Source: an uncultured Holophagales bacterium (GTDB lineage Bacteria > Acidobacteriota > Thermoanaerobaculia > Multivoradales > UBA5704). From it: DNA of 64,000 nucleotides. Below, one piece after another: positions 1-10,034 of this stretch. Both the position numbers and the translations under genes were made by a program. The notes beneath the pieces are model-generated. The model was given only the letters and a program-made list of their open reading frames with translations, was not told where the DNA came from and did no database searches. The stretch's first letter is position 1; every line of letters begins with the position of its first letter. The stretch lies in NCBI GenBank assembly GCA_963842525.1, contig CAWJGT010000034.1, forward strand, positions 160,001 to 224,000, given 5' to 3'.

Positions 1-212
1 CAACTGTGCTCGGCGTCGCCGAAGAGCTCGGGGGAGTAGAGCGGAGAGAGATAGGGGCCGGCGTGGTAGTGCGCGTCCTGGAACGCCGCCCAGGTCGAGT
101 AGACGATGAAGGCGGAGAGCCCGAGGAAGACCACCAAGGGCTGCACCCACCACGCATCGCGGCGCATCGTCTCGCCGAAGGTCCGCCGCTGGAGAACGCC
201 CGTGTGACCCAT
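1..212 (-). CDS. Partial (N-terminus) succinate dehydrogenase membrane-anchor-like protein (Rv0249c/Sdh1 type)
   Basis: Manual translation from ATG at 212: MGHTGVLQRRTFGETMRRDAWWVQPLVVFLGLSAFIVYSTWAAFQ...YLSPLYSP; TM helix plus YLSPxYSP motif; runs off the window edge. Confidence 0.6.
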   Translation of the reverse strand, partial: MGHTGVLQRRTFGETMRRDAWWVQPLVVFLGLSAFIVYSTWAAFQDAHYHAGPYLSPLYSPELFGDAEHS

Positions 213-379
213 GCCTGTTGCCCCCGTAGCGGAGCGGGCCCCGCCTGAGTGAACGCGAAAAGCCGGTCAGGTCGTCCGTAAGAACCGAGGGTATTGAAGC
301 CCAAGCCGGGGGAGGGTGTCAAACCTCGCTCCTGGCCGAAGTCGTGACGCTCGCAGCGACGTCCTGTGCGAGCCTTCCG

Positions 380-1642
380 TCAAGGCTTCGTTGCCGCCTG
401 CGGGTCCCGCCTTTCAGTCCCCAGGCGCGCCCGCAGTCTGCCCGCCGGGTCTTCGAGTCGAAGGACGTAGAGGTTCGAGAAGGTGCATGGGAATACGCTC
501 AGCGCGGCGTTGAGGCTCACCATGCCGGAGAGTCCCGCGAGCTCGCCGGTTCCCCCCTTGATCGGGCCGAAGCCGCCGATCCGGAAGGCCGGCGTGGCGA
601 CTCCCGGCAGGGCGGCGCGGAAGGCGCGCCCCTCGACGAGGTTCGCATGGAGGGAGCCGAGGCTGCTCCCCGCAGGATCGTGGAGGCTGAAGACCCCTCC
701 CGTCGTCTGGAGTGGGATCACCGCTCCCGGGCTCTGGAAATCGCAATAGAACAGCGACGACCTAGTCCCCACCGGCGGACCGATCTCCGTACGGCTGCGC
801 AGCAGGGCGGAGGTCTCGAGGGCGTCGCCGAAGCGGACAAGGCGGAGGTTTTCGGAGATCTGGGCACCGATGAGCCGCCCCTCCGGCCCGAACAGGAGCC
901 GGGCCGGCCGCTGCGGATCGGTCTCTCCGAGCAGGAACAGGGTCATGATCCCCGGATCGGGGAGAACCGGGCTCGGCTCCATGGGGACGAGAGGCTCCTC
1001 GGCAGCGATCCGGCCGGCCGGATCCAGGACGCGGAAAACCAGGTGGAGACGCAGGTCGTCCGGCGGCCGGAGCAGGCCGTCCAGCACCAGCGTGGCCCCG
1101 GGGAAGGTCTCGCCCGGCAGACCAGCAAGGTCGCCGGCTCCCGCCAGGACATCGATCACGGCGCCAATCTTCAAGGCCGGCCGGCCATCGATGGTGGCCG
1201 GGAAGGTGCGCCCGGAGCCGAAGATCTGGATGCTGCTCGCCTTCCGGTCGTGGAAATCCAGCCGTCCATCGAGCAGGGCGAGCCGCTGGGCGCGGAAGGG
1301 GTTGAGGAGTGTGGGAGGAGGCACGAGCCCGGGACCGGGGACGAAGTCGTCCGGGATCGGCGTCAGCCGGCCATGGATCTCGGCGATGGGGAGCCGTCCC
1401 ATCTGGCGGCCGTCGAAACGGTGGAGCGGCGCATCGACGTGGACCGCGACCAGGAGTTGGTCCCGCAGGATCGGGAGGAGCGGGACCGGCTGATTCAGGA
1501 CCGATGGCCCGGGGGCGCTGACCACCGGGAAGCAGGCCGCCGCCGCGAGCAGGCGGGCCACCTCGGCGATCTTGCCGGCGTCCGGCGGCGCGCCGGGCGG
1601 GGTCACCCGAGACACCGTTGGCGTCGTTCTCGATCTGGGCAT
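380..1642 (-). CDS. Hypothetical beta-rich protein, possible dirigent/allene-oxide-cyclase-like barrel at C-terminus
   Basis: 420-aa ORF, last gene of the minus-strand cluster; C-terminal GFGPIKGGTGELAGLSG resembles the GGTG signature of AOC/dirigent folds. Confidence 0.55.
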   Translation of the reverse strand: MPRSRTTPTVSRVTPPGAPPDAGKIAEVARLLAAAACFPVVSAPGPSVLNQPVPLLPILRDQLLVAVHVDAPLHRFDGRQMGRLPIAEIHGRLTPIPDDFVPGPGLVPPPTLLNPFRAQRLALLDGRLDFHDRKASSIQIFGSGRTFPATIDGRPALKIGAVIDVLAGAGDLAGLPGETFPGATLVLDGLLRPPDDLRLHLVFRVLDPAGRIAAEEPLVPMEPSPVLPDPGIMTLFLLGETDPQRPARLLFGPEGRLIGAQISENLRLVRFGDALETSALLRSRTEIGPPVGTRSSLFYCDFQSPGAVIPLQTTGGVFSLHDPAGSSLGSLHANLVEGRAFRAALPGVATPAFRIGGFGPIKGGTGELAGLSGMVSLNAALSVFPCTFSNLYVLRLEDPAGRLRARLGTERRDPQAATKP

Positions 1643-1648
1643 GATCGG

Positions 1649-2053
1649 CTATTTCGACCGGGCCGCCTCGGGAGGCGACGGAACCGGTCCCCACCCGCGG
1701 GCCCCCTGCTGTTGCCGCCAAGCGGTCCCGTTCATCCAGGACGCCGAATCGACACCCAATTGCAGGATCTCGATGCCCAGGTTCCCCGCCTGCGCGACGG
1801 GGCCGCTCGGCGCGTCGTTCTTCGGGCCCAGGCCGACGAAGCTGAACGACAGGTCCACCATTGCCTGCTGCAACCGGTCGCCGGCCCGGAAGGCCGAGCG
1901 CAGCCCCGGCCCGAGCGCCTCTTCCGCGGTGCGGGTCACGGCCCCGAAGGCCTTCACCGCCCGGCGCGGAGACATCAGGTTGGTCATCTGCTCGACGCCG
2001 AACAGGGACATCGCCCACGAGAAGCTCGCCATGGAACGGGCCAATTCACGCAT
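1649..2053 (-). CDS. Small protein consisting mainly of the shared 'SFSWAM' helical module
   Basis: RBS GAGGGAGG before ATG 2053; MRELARSMASFSWAMSLFGVEQM is paralogous to three other cluster proteins. Confidence 0.75.
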   Translation of the reverse strand: MRELARSMASFSWAMSLFGVEQMTNLMSPRRAVKAFGAVTRTAEEALGPGLRSAFRAGDRLQQAMVDLSFSFVGLGPKNDAPSGPVAQAGNLGIEILQLGVDSASWMNGTAWRQQQGARGWGPVPSPPEAARSK

Positions 2054-2109
2054 GGTCGTGCCTCCCTCTTTCAACGCAAGCATAATGAAACAGGCGCTGC
2101 CCGGGGGAT

Positions 2110-2898
2110 TCAAAGAGGATTCAAGAGGAGCCCGGCGTCCCGGGCGCGGACGAGGATTTCCTCTCCCAGGCGGCCGTAGGCATGGGCACCTTTCGACCAG
2201 CCCTCGTAGTGGAAGATGGTGCGGCTGTGGGCCGGCGCCTCGGCGAGGCGGACGTTGATCGGAATCTCGGTCTGGCAGACGCTCGCTCCGTAGGTCCCGC
2301 GGAGCCCCTCCACCACCTTCCCGGTCACCGCCGTGCGGCGGTCGGCCATGGTCACGAGGATGCCCAACAGCTCGGGGATCCGTTCGAGGCGCCCGCGGAC
2401 CTCCTCCAGCGCCTCGAACAGCGCCTCCAGGGCCTCGGTGTTCAGAGGCTGCGGCACGACCGGGACGAGGAAGGCGTCGGCGGCGGCCAGGGCATTGAGG
2501 GTCAGGATCGACAGCCCGGGCGGGCAGTCCACGAGGATGACGTCGTAGTGGCGGCGGATGGGAGCGAGCGCCTCCGCAAGGGCCTTCTCCGGCTCTTTCC
2601 GGCGGGCGAGCGCGACGTCGCTGCTCGCCAGGCGCAGCGAGCCCGGCAGCAGATCGATCCTCTCGACGCCGGTGTCCCAGATCGCCTGGCCGGCAGGGAC
2701 CTTGCCGTTCAGGACTTCGGCCACCGACGGCTCGGCGTCCCGCCGGTGGATGCCGAACGAGTGGGTCGCCGAGGCTTGCGGATCGAGGTCGACGACCAGC
2801 ACCTCGAAGCCGCTCTCGGCGGCGAAGAAGGCCGCCAGATTGACCGCCGTCGTCGTCTTGCCGACGCCTCCCTTGATGTTCACCAGGGCCAGGTTCAT
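2110..2898 (-). CDS. ParA/Soj family ATPase
   Basis: Deviant Walker A KGGVGKTT, VDLDPQ, DCPPG, IPINVRLAEAP. Confidence 0.9.
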   Translation of the reverse strand: MNLALVNIKGGVGKTTTAVNLAAFFAAESGFEVLVVDLDPQASATHSFGIHRRDAEPSVAEVLNGKVPAGQAIWDTGVERIDLLPGSLRLASSDVALARRKEPEKALAEALAPIRRHYDVILVDCPPGLSILTLNALAAADAFLVPVVPQPLNTEALEALFEALEEVRGRLERIPELLGILVTMADRRTAVTGKVVEGLRGTYGASVCQTEIPINVRLAEAPAHSRTIFHYEGWSKGAHAYGRLGEEILVRARDAGLLLNPL

Positions 2899-2921
2899 GC
2901 CATGGATCCGCTCACCGCGGC

Positions 2922-4586
2922 TCACGCAGCCACATCCGGCACCATCCTTTCGGCAATCCTTTCGGCCAGGGCGGAGATCGTGATCAGGGGGTTGACCGCC
3001 AGAGCCATCGGAATGATGGCGCCGTCGACCACGTAGAGCCCCTGGTGCACTCCGCCCTCGCCGTCGAAGACCCGGCCGTCCACATCCACCACCCCGGAGT
3101 CGGCGTCCTCGCCGAGATGGCAGCCGCCCATGGGATGCGCCGTGACCAGGTTGTCGTGGTGCGTCCACGGGTTGAACCGGCCGAGGTGGACGAAGGTCCC
3201 GCCGAGGGTCCGGGCGTGCTCGCGGAGCTCGTCGTCGACCATCTTGTAGACCGGGTCCGTGAGGAGGTCCGGCCATTCGACCTGCAGGCGGTCCTTGTTG
3301 TCGAGCACCATCCTGCCCTGGGCGTTGTCGAGCGCCATGGCCAGGTACACCATCGAATGGTTTGCCGCTCCATCCGGCCGCCAACCCACCAGGTCGTCCT
3401 TGATCCGGCCGAGCTCGCGCAGCTTGTCCCCCTTGTCGGTGTCCGTACCGGTGACGGCGGCCAGCCCGGGCAGGGTGTACCGGAAAAAATCGACCAGCCC
3501 GCTGGGAAAGGTGGTGAAGTCCTGGATGGTGAACCGCTGCCGGATGGGCTGGCCGCGGTGGTACTGGATGCCGCTGACGATGGTCGGACCGGGCTGCACC
3601 TGGGCGCGCGGCGAATCCGGGTGATTGCCGTAGCCCAGGACGTTGGTGCGTTCGTTGGTGTTGTACGCCAGGGCCAGATAGTCGCCGTTGCCGCTGAAGC
3701 CGTCGCCCAGGTGGGACGAGGCGTTCAGGCCCTGCTGGACCGAGCGCAGAAGGATCTCGGTCGAGCCCAGCGTTCCGCCGGACAGGACGACGTTCTTCGC
3801 CCGCAGCCGCCGCGGCGCGCCGAAGCCTTTGAGGTGGTTGTAGCGGTAGTGGACGACGTATCCACCGCTGCCCTTCTCGATCCAGAGCACCTCGATCTGC
3901 GTGAAGATCTCGGCGCCCTTTTGCCGGGCGTAGGGGATGTAGTTCATGTACAGGGTGTTCTTGGCGCCGACGTTGCAGCCGGTGATGCAGTCGTTGCAAT
4001 TGATGCACGGCTTCTGGAGGACGCCGACGTGGTTCGGGCCGTCGACGTCGAAGTTGACGGCGATGGGCATCGGCCAGAACTTGTTGCCGTCCGGGACCTG
4101 CTGGGCCCGCTTTTCGATCATCTGCACCTTGGTGAGCTGCAGGGCGTTCGGGTGGGGCCGCACACGCAGCATCTCCTCGGCCTTCTCGTAGTACTTCCAG
4201 AGCTCGCCCGAAGCCGCCAGGTCGCGGTAGAGCCGCGGCCAGCTCTGGTTGTCGAACAGCTCCGGATCGGGCCGCAACGCGACGTTGGCGTTGATCAGCG
4301 ACGTGCCGCCGAGGCCGCTCCCCTTGAGGACGTCGATGTCGTTGCAGAGGTAGTAGTCGATGTAGCCGAGGGGATGCTTCTTGTTGCGGATGTTGCCGGC
4401 GAGCTTGCGCAGGCTGTCCGGAAAGTCGCCGGGATGCCATTCCTGGCCCCGCTCGAGCAGGCAGACCGGCAGCCCGCGTTCGGCCAGCCGCGCGGCGGTG
4501 ATGGCGCCGCCATAGCCGGAGCCGATGACGACGGTGGGATATTCGTCCTTGAGGGTGCCGCTCGCGTCCGCCAGAAGCTCGCTCAC
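2922..4586 (-). CDS. GMC oxidoreductase, cholesterol-oxidase-like
   Basis: VVIGSGYGG FAD motif, GLGGTSLINANV, CxxCxxCxxGC, HPMGGC, VNPLITISALAER; GTG start after GAGGAG. Confidence 0.88.
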   Translation of the reverse strand: MSELLADASGTLKDEYPTVVIGSGYGGAITAARLAERGLPVCLLERGQEWHPGDFPDSLRKLAGNIRNKKHPLGYIDYYLCNDIDVLKGSGLGGTSLINANVALRPDPELFDNQSWPRLYRDLAASGELWKYYEKAEEMLRVRPHPNALQLTKVQMIEKRAQQVPDGNKFWPMPIAVNFDVDGPNHVGVLQKPCINCNDCITGCNVGAKNTLYMNYIPYARQKGAEIFTQIEVLWIEKGSGGYVVHYRYNHLKGFGAPRRLRAKNVVLSGGTLGSTEILLRSVQQGLNASSHLGDGFSGNGDYLALAYNTNERTNVLGYGNHPDSPRAQVQPGPTIVSGIQYHRGQPIRQRFTIQDFTTFPSGLVDFFRYTLPGLAAVTGTDTDKGDKLRELGRIKDDLVGWRPDGAANHSMVYLAMALDNAQGRMVLDNKDRLQVEWPDLLTDPVYKMVDDELREHARTLGGTFVHLGRFNPWTHHDNLVTAHPMGGCHLGEDADSGVVDVDGRVFDGEGGVHQGLYVVDGAIIPMALAVNPLITISALAERIAERMVPDVAA

Positions 4587-4599
4587 GGTCGTCTCTCCT

Positions 4600-6000
4600 C
4601 TAGAACCTGAAGGTGAAGGAAGCCAGGCCCGAGATGATCTGTTCGGAGATCGTGAACCTGCCACCGGGGACGTTTTGCTGATTCAGTGGCGGCCCCGTGG
4701 TGCGATCCCCCCTCAGGAAGGGACTGAGCAACGGCCCCGAGACCTCGTGGCGGGGCGCGTAGTAGGCGCCCAGGCTCAGCTCGATCTTGTCGGTGGCCCG
4801 CACTCCCAGCCCGAGCGTGTAGTGGTCCTTGAACGTCGGGGGAGTCCCGAGGCTGGTGAACGCCACCTCGCTACGGATCGGCGTCTCGCTGTAGTTGAAG
4901 CCGCCCCGCAGCGTGACTTTCTCCGAGACCTCATACTCCACGCCGATGGCGCCAACCAAGATGTCGGCCCAGCCGATCCCGTTCAGGCTGCGGTCCGTCT
5001 TGAAGCCTCCCGGGCCGCCCGCACCCTCGACGCTGCTGTAGTCCACCCAGCGGGCATCGAACCCAGCCCTCCATTTCCTGCCGGGATCGTAGGCGAATCC
5101 GGCCGAGACGATCTGGGGGCCATCGAGCGCATAGCTGACAACTCTGTGCTCGCCGTAGTGTTCGTTGCGGGTTTGTGCACCGGTATTCGGATCGGTTTCG
5201 TACGGCAGGGAATTGAAGGAGTTCCACTCGTAGTCGGCGAAGTCCTGCGGACTGGTGTACGAGAACCCTACGCTCCAAGCCTCGTTCAGGCGGTAGTGCA
5301 GGCCCACCTGGACGGCCAGCGCGTAGGAGGTCACCACGTTCTCGGCAGGCGCGTAGAAGCAATCGACGACGCGGCCCGACCCAGGCGTCGGCGCGGTGCA
5401 GTCCGGCACTGCCGGTGGCAGAGGAGAGATGGACAATGCACCCTGGTAGACGACGAGACTGCCGCCGAGCGAGAGCTTCGGGCTCACCTCGTAAGCCAGC
5501 GACAGAGGGATCTTCAGGATGGCCAGATTGGTCTTGACCGTGCCAAAGCCGTCCGGCTGCGGCAGGAAGATGGGGTTGCTCGGATCCTGGGGCCAGTCGG
5601 TGCGAAATCCCGCGACTGCAAGGAGGCCGAAGCCGACGGCCCAGGGGCGACCCTGTGGATGGTAGAGCAGACCGATGGCAGGTAGGACGCCCGGCTCGGT
5701 GTCTCCTTCGGTGGTGAAGGGCCCGCGCCCGAACGGTACGTCGCTTGCAAAACTCGCCGTCGCCTTCGGTCCATCCGTGAAGACCTCCACGCCGATGCCG
5801 ACCTGGTAACCGTCGAAGCAGGTCAGCAGCGCCGGATTGACGTGCAGCGTGCCGATCACCTCGACCGGCAGCGCGGTCGACACGCCTCCGAGCGAGCTGT
5901 TGATTGCGCCCACGCCATGCAGGAGGTGCCCGTTGCCGGCCCGGACCGAAACCGTCACGAGCAAGGCCGCGATAGTAAGGAGCCCAATTTTCTTGACCAC
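4600..6000 (-). CDS. OmpP1/FadL family outer-membrane hydrophobic-compound transporter
   Basis: Signal peptide, N-terminal GxG...LGG...NPA hatch motif, alternating beta strands, C-terminal FTFRF. Confidence 0.85.
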   Translation of the reverse strand: MVKKIGLLTIAALLVTVSVRAGNGHLLHGVGAINSSLGGVSTALPVEVIGTLHVNPALLTCFDGYQVGIGVEVFTDGPKATASFASDVPFGRGPFTTEGDTEPGVLPAIGLLYHPQGRPWAVGFGLLAVAGFRTDWPQDPSNPIFLPQPDGFGTVKTNLAILKIPLSLAYEVSPKLSLGGSLVVYQGALSISPLPPAVPDCTAPTPGSGRVVDCFYAPAENVVTSYALAVQVGLHYRLNEAWSVGFSYTSPQDFADYEWNSFNSLPYETDPNTGAQTRNEHYGEHRVVSYALDGPQIVSAGFAYDPGRKWRAGFDARWVDYSSVEGAGGPGGFKTDRSLNGIGWADILVGAIGVEYEVSEKVTLRGGFNYSETPIRSEVAFTSLGTPPTFKDHYTLGLGVRATDKIELSLGAYYAPRHEVSGPLLSPFLRGDRTTGPPLNQQNVPGGRFTISEQIISGLASFTFRF

Positions 6001-6189
6001 GAAGTCCTCCGAGGCGTGAGAAAGACGATGGTACTCTGCCGTATCTTAGAGCTTCTTCTAGAATCCGACCAGCGTGGCCCAGGCGACAATAGATCCACGG
6101 AGCCAATTCGTATTCACCGATCATAAGGGGCGGGGCGGCGACCGCTTGCGGCCGCCGCTGAGCCGCCGGACAGGAATCGGAAAGCTCTC

Positions 6190-7662
6190 TTACGGATGGT
6201 GGGCGCCGGGCAGGGGCGCCTTGAGATACGGGAAGACCTCGTCGAACTGCAGCGCGTTCACCGGCACGCCGTCGGTGAAGGGAAGCGCCCGCGAAGGGGC
6301 CTCCGCGTCCGACAGACCGAAGCCCATCAGCACGCGCAGAGAGTTGTCGACTACGTCGTCACCCGGCCGCCGTCCGTTGGGATAGCCGGCCACATCGCCC
6401 CCCACGACTCCGAGAGGGCTCTGCTCTGCGGCAGGCTTGGGTGGGATCAAGGTGTTCAACCGCATGACCTCGCCCTGCGGGCCTCCCTCGTTGAGGCCCG
6501 GGAGCCCGGTCATGAAACCGACGATCAGGTCCGCCCGTGGGAAGAGGTTCGGCGCCTTCACCCCAAAGCCGCTCAGCAGGATCTCCAGGAGCTCGGGCAG
6601 GACTGGATGTGTGACGTACTGCACGATCTGCTCGTCATCCCGCGGGTGGCTGGCATTGTACAGGTCCTTGTCGGGTAGACCGATCAGGAACTCGCTGACC
6701 AGCGGATTGCCGAGGCGCGAGACCTGAATGAATTCCCCCTCCTGCAGATAGGGCTCACTGAAGGTGGGCTTCTTCTTCAGGATTCGGGTCCGCGGCAGGC
6801 GGGCGGCCGTCCAGGCCGAGACCAGGCCTTTGCCACCGCCGACGAGACACGCTGTCGGCACCTCGAGAGCGATGCTCGTGACGTTCTTCTCCTCGGTATT
6901 GGATGCCTGGCTGGCCGGATTGCCCAGCAGATTCGGCAGGTTCGCCAGATCGAAGAGGGCCCCGATATCCGCCTGGAACGGATCCTTGCGCTGGCCGACA
7001 AAAACCTTGCCATGACCGCATCCCGGTATGTCCACCTCGTGGATGAAGTGGCGGGCATATGCCTCGTAGTCCGGGATCGACTTCTCGCCGATGTTGTCGA
7101 GCGGCGCCGCGAAACGGGCCCTCCCGGTCACCGCGTGCCGGAGAGATACGATCTCGCTGGGATGGCGGAGGTCGCCGCGGATCAGGCGGATGGTGTAGGA
7201 CCGCTTAGCGTTCGTGTTCCCGGGTCTGGCGAGGGGTCCTATATTGATCAAGGGGACGGGGATGTCCACTTGCTCGCCAGGATTCCCGATCTTCAAGCTC
7301 AGCAGGGGGGAAGAATTTGTGAAGCGGAATCGGAACGTCAGATCCTCGACCTCGTCATTGTCGTTGATGATATGGATGTCATAGTTGGCGTCGCTGTCGA
7401 GCGGAAAATAGATGGGCCCGGCGAAGGCGTCCTGGAAAGGGTTGTAGTCGGCGATCAGGGTGACGAAGCCTTCTCTTCCCGCCTCGTAGCTCCGGAACAT
7501 GAAGAAATCGGTGGCATCGACCTTCGGGCTTCCGGTGATGGCGGGTGCCTCACGATGGCTGGACGCGGTCAGGGGAAGCGCCGTCCCGCCGAGCAGGATG
7601 GCAATCCATGCGACGCCGTAGAGGATCGGACGACGGGTCACATCACTGCGAAAAACTCTCAT
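6190..7662 (-). CDS. DUF4331 domain secreted protein
   Basis: Signal peptide, ASSHREAP, VFVGQRKDPF, QVSRLGNP, GYPNGRRPGDDVVD. Confidence 0.9.
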   Translation of the reverse strand: MRVFRSDVTRRPILYGVAWIAILLGGTALPLTASSHREAPAITGSPKVDATDFFMFRSYEAGREGFVTLIADYNPFQDAFAGPIYFPLDSDANYDIHIINDNDEVEDLTFRFRFTNSSPLLSLKIGNPGEQVDIPVPLINIGPLARPGNTNAKRSYTIRLIRGDLRHPSEIVSLRHAVTGRARFAAPLDNIGEKSIPDYEAYARHFIHEVDIPGCGHGKVFVGQRKDPFQADIGALFDLANLPNLLGNPASQASNTEEKNVTSIALEVPTACLVGGGKGLVSAWTAARLPRTRILKKKPTFSEPYLQEGEFIQVSRLGNPLVSEFLIGLPDKDLYNASHPRDDEQIVQYVTHPVLPELLEILLSGFGVKAPNLFPRADLIVGFMTGLPGLNEGGPQGEVMRLNTLIPPKPAAEQSPLGVVGGDVAGYPNGRRPGDDVVDNSLRVLMGFGLSDAEAPSRALPFTDGVPVNALQFDEVFPYLKAPLPGAHHP

Positions 7663-7912
7663 CTGGTGTCCTTTCTGGGCGTTCCACCTTGCCCCGATGT
7701 CGAGTTAGGCGCCCCACGGGAGGCCAGAGTTACATCAGCGTCCTGGCCAGGAAGATCTAAAAGAGATCTATGCCCTGTGAATCCGTTTGCGATGCCAGCG
7801 CCTCGCGCGCGGCTCGCAAGGCTCGTCGCGGCCACAGTTTTGCTAAGGATTACCACGGGGCGGCTAGCGCAGTTCCAGCGACCTTCAAGCAGTAAAGGCT
7901 TTGGACCCGATT

Positions 7913-8092
7913 TCAGGTTCCGTAGCTCCCCGGTTCGGGAACAGACACTACTCCCTTCAGCGATCCGGCAGAAATCCCTTTGTCGAAGAAAAACGTCGCC
8001 TGTACCTGAATCTCCAGGTTTGAGAGAGGCGCATCCTGCTTGAGAATTGCGATTGGACCTTCATATTTCGCACTGAAGTCGAGATCCGCCAT
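7913..8092 (-). CDS. Small hypothetical protein (59 aa), absent from the ORF track
   Basis: Strong RBS AAAGGAGGAGAC-ATG; MADLDFSAKYEGPIAILKQDAPLSNLEIQVQATFFFDKGISAGSLKGVVSVPEPGSYGT*. Confidence 0.55.
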   Translation of the reverse strand: MADLDFSAKYEGPIAILKQDAPLSNLEIQVQATFFFDKGISAGSLKGVVSVPEPGSYGT

Positions 8093-8159
8093 GTCTCCTC
8101 CTTTGAAGTTCGTATCAGCCGACCAGATTCTGACTGCCTTTTAGCAAACCACAAGAGAT

Positions 8160-8777
8160 CTATCGGTTCATATGAGATCCGAGCGCCTCCCGGATCTGGT
8201 CCTGGTGGCGCTCCTCGTGGGCGGCGGTGAGGCGGAGGATCTGCGGCACGTCGTTGACCCCCAGGAAGGGGTGCCGATAGATCATCCGGGTGTAGTCGAG
8301 CTGTGGGCTCGCGGCGAAGAGGGCGCGGGTCGCGGCCACGGAGACGGCGAGCGCTTCGCGCAGCTCCCCGGCAGGCCTCCCGGGCCGCGGCTGCATGCTC
8401 TCCGCGGCGACGGCGGGAAAGAGACGGCTGCGCACCAGCGCCTCGCGCACCCCGGCGGGGATGAACAGGGTCATCAGGCCGACCGGCAGCGACAGGAACG
8501 GCAGCAGGCTCCGCGGCACGAACGCCGGGGCGATTCCCGTGGGCGTGAGCTCGCGCTCGATATAGGGTTCCCGGCCTGAGCGCGCCAGGTCGATCATCCG
8601 CGCAATGTCCTCGCGGTTGGCCGCCTCGGCCTTGAGGAGATGGTCGAGGATCTCCCCCACCGACCAGCCGCCGCGGGCGGGCCGGCGGTCCAGATCCTCT
8701 TGTCCGAGCCCTTCGACCAGGGCCAGCGTGCCGGCGCGGGCGCGCTCGAAGCGCTGCAGCTCCGCCTCGGGGATCAC
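8160..8777 (-). CDS. DinB/DinB_2 family protein
   Basis: GWSVGEILDHL, HPFLG, HEERHQDQI metal-binding His pattern. Confidence 0.85.
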   Translation of the reverse strand: MIPEAELQRFERARAGTLALVEGLGQEDLDRRPARGGWSVGEILDHLLKAEAANREDIARMIDLARSGREPYIERELTPTGIAPAFVPRSLLPFLSLPVGLMTLFIPAGVREALVRSRLFPAVAAESMQPRPGRPAGELREALAVSVAATRALFAASPQLDYTRMIYRHPFLGVNDVPQILRLTAAHEERHQDQIREALGSHMNR

Positions 8778-8795
8778 GTGCTTCCTCCTCTGCGC

Positions 8796-10034
8796 TCAAG
8801 CCGTCACCGGGATCATCGCGTACTGCGCCTGCGGGGCTTCGGGCAGGACGCACTCTTCGTCCAAGCAGTCGTGCAGGGTCGCGTCGGTGAATCCCTTGTC
8901 CATCAGCCGCTCGAGGTGGCCGCGGTTCAGGTTCAGCAGGCCGAGCGCCCCGCCTTCGCTCAGCTCCTCGCACGGGTGATAGCGATGGATCGTCATCGGT
9001 TTGTAGGTGAGGTACCGCTTGAGGCGCGGCACGATCAGGTTCATGCCCTTGGCGAGGGACTCCAGCTCGGGGTCCGCGACCTGCTCGCCCGCCTCGATGC
9101 GCCGCAGGAGGCGGATCCCCTGGTTGATCATGGCCGCGTCCTGGATGTCGTCGTTGACCAGCGCCGCCCAGGCGATCTGCTGCAGGCGGTAGTTGGTGGC
9201 GATGGTGCTGCCGAGGGCGCTGTTGGGGATGGAGGCGACGTCCGGGTCGAGGTAGATGACGTGCAGGACCTCCGCGCCCAGGTGGATCGCCTCGCGCAGC
9301 GGGGTGTTCATCAGGACGCCTCCGTCCACGTAGGGCTCGGCCCCCACGTAGGCCGGCGGGAACACGCCGGGGATGGCGCTCGAGGCGAGGATCGCCTGGG
9401 GCCCCAGAGTCTCGGTCATGTCGCGGTTGCGGAAGTACCTCACCTCCCCCGTCGTCCAGTTCGTCGCGACGACCGAGAGCTGCTTCTCGGTGCGGCGGAT
9501 GGCCTCGAAGTTGATGCTCCCGCGGATCGCTCTCGCCCAAGGGTCGATCGAGATGAAGGTCGGGAAGTTGATCAGCCCGGTGAGCCTCTCCCCCAACGTC
9601 TCGTTGCGCGCCGTCGCCAGGTGCACCATTCGCTGGATCCCGTCCCAGGCGACGGCCGCGCTGTCCCCGGCAAACTGCAGGAACGGGTGCAAGGGGTTCG
9701 GCAGATAGGACCTGGGGTTCAGGTAATAGGTCGGGTCGAAGCGGAACCGGTAGCCGCCGTTCCGGCCCGTGACGTCGGCGGCCAGGGTCTCGAGCCAGAC
9801 CCGCTCGAGGTTGGTGATCGCCGCAGGGCCGTAGGCGTCCCACTGGGAGGCCAGAAAGGACGCGTTGAACGAGCCGATCGAGGTGCCGAGGAAGATGTCC
9901 GGATCGAGCAGTTGGCCGCGGGTCGCCACGGACTTGCCGCTGAACAGCGCCTTGAGGACGCCGACCTCGTAGGCGCCGTTGGCGCCGCCGCCCGAGAGGA
10001 CGAGCGCGACTTTTCTTCCCTGTGGATCGGTCAT
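8796..10034 (-). CDS. Patatin-like phospholipase
   Basis: SGGGANG, GTSIG nucleophile elbow, ASSAIP, DGG; ATGA overlap with upstream patatin. Confidence 0.92.
   Translation of the reverse strand: MTDPQGRKVALVLSGGGANGAYEVGVLKALFSGKSVATRGQLLDPDIFLGTSIGSFNASFLASQWDAYGPAAITNLERVWLETLAADVTGRNGGYRFRFDPTYYLNPRSYLPNPLHPFLQFAGDSAAVAWDGIQRMVHLATARNETLGERLTGLINFPTFISIDPWARAIRGSINFEAIRRTEKQLSVVATNWTTGEVRYFRNRDMTETLGPQAILASSAIPGVFPPAYVGAEPYVDGGVLMNTPLREAIHLGAEVLHVIYLDPDVASIPNSALGSTIATNYRLQQIAWAALVNDDIQDAAMINQGIRLLRRIEAGEQVADPELESLAKGMNLIVPRLKRYLTYKPMTIHRYHPCEELSEGGALGLLNLNRGHLERLMDKGFTDATLHDCLDEECVLPEAPQAQYAMIPVTA

Noticed and set aside
7750-8165. Recurrent AGATCTA motif as a cluster operator
   Set aside because: Too short and too few copies to support by eye
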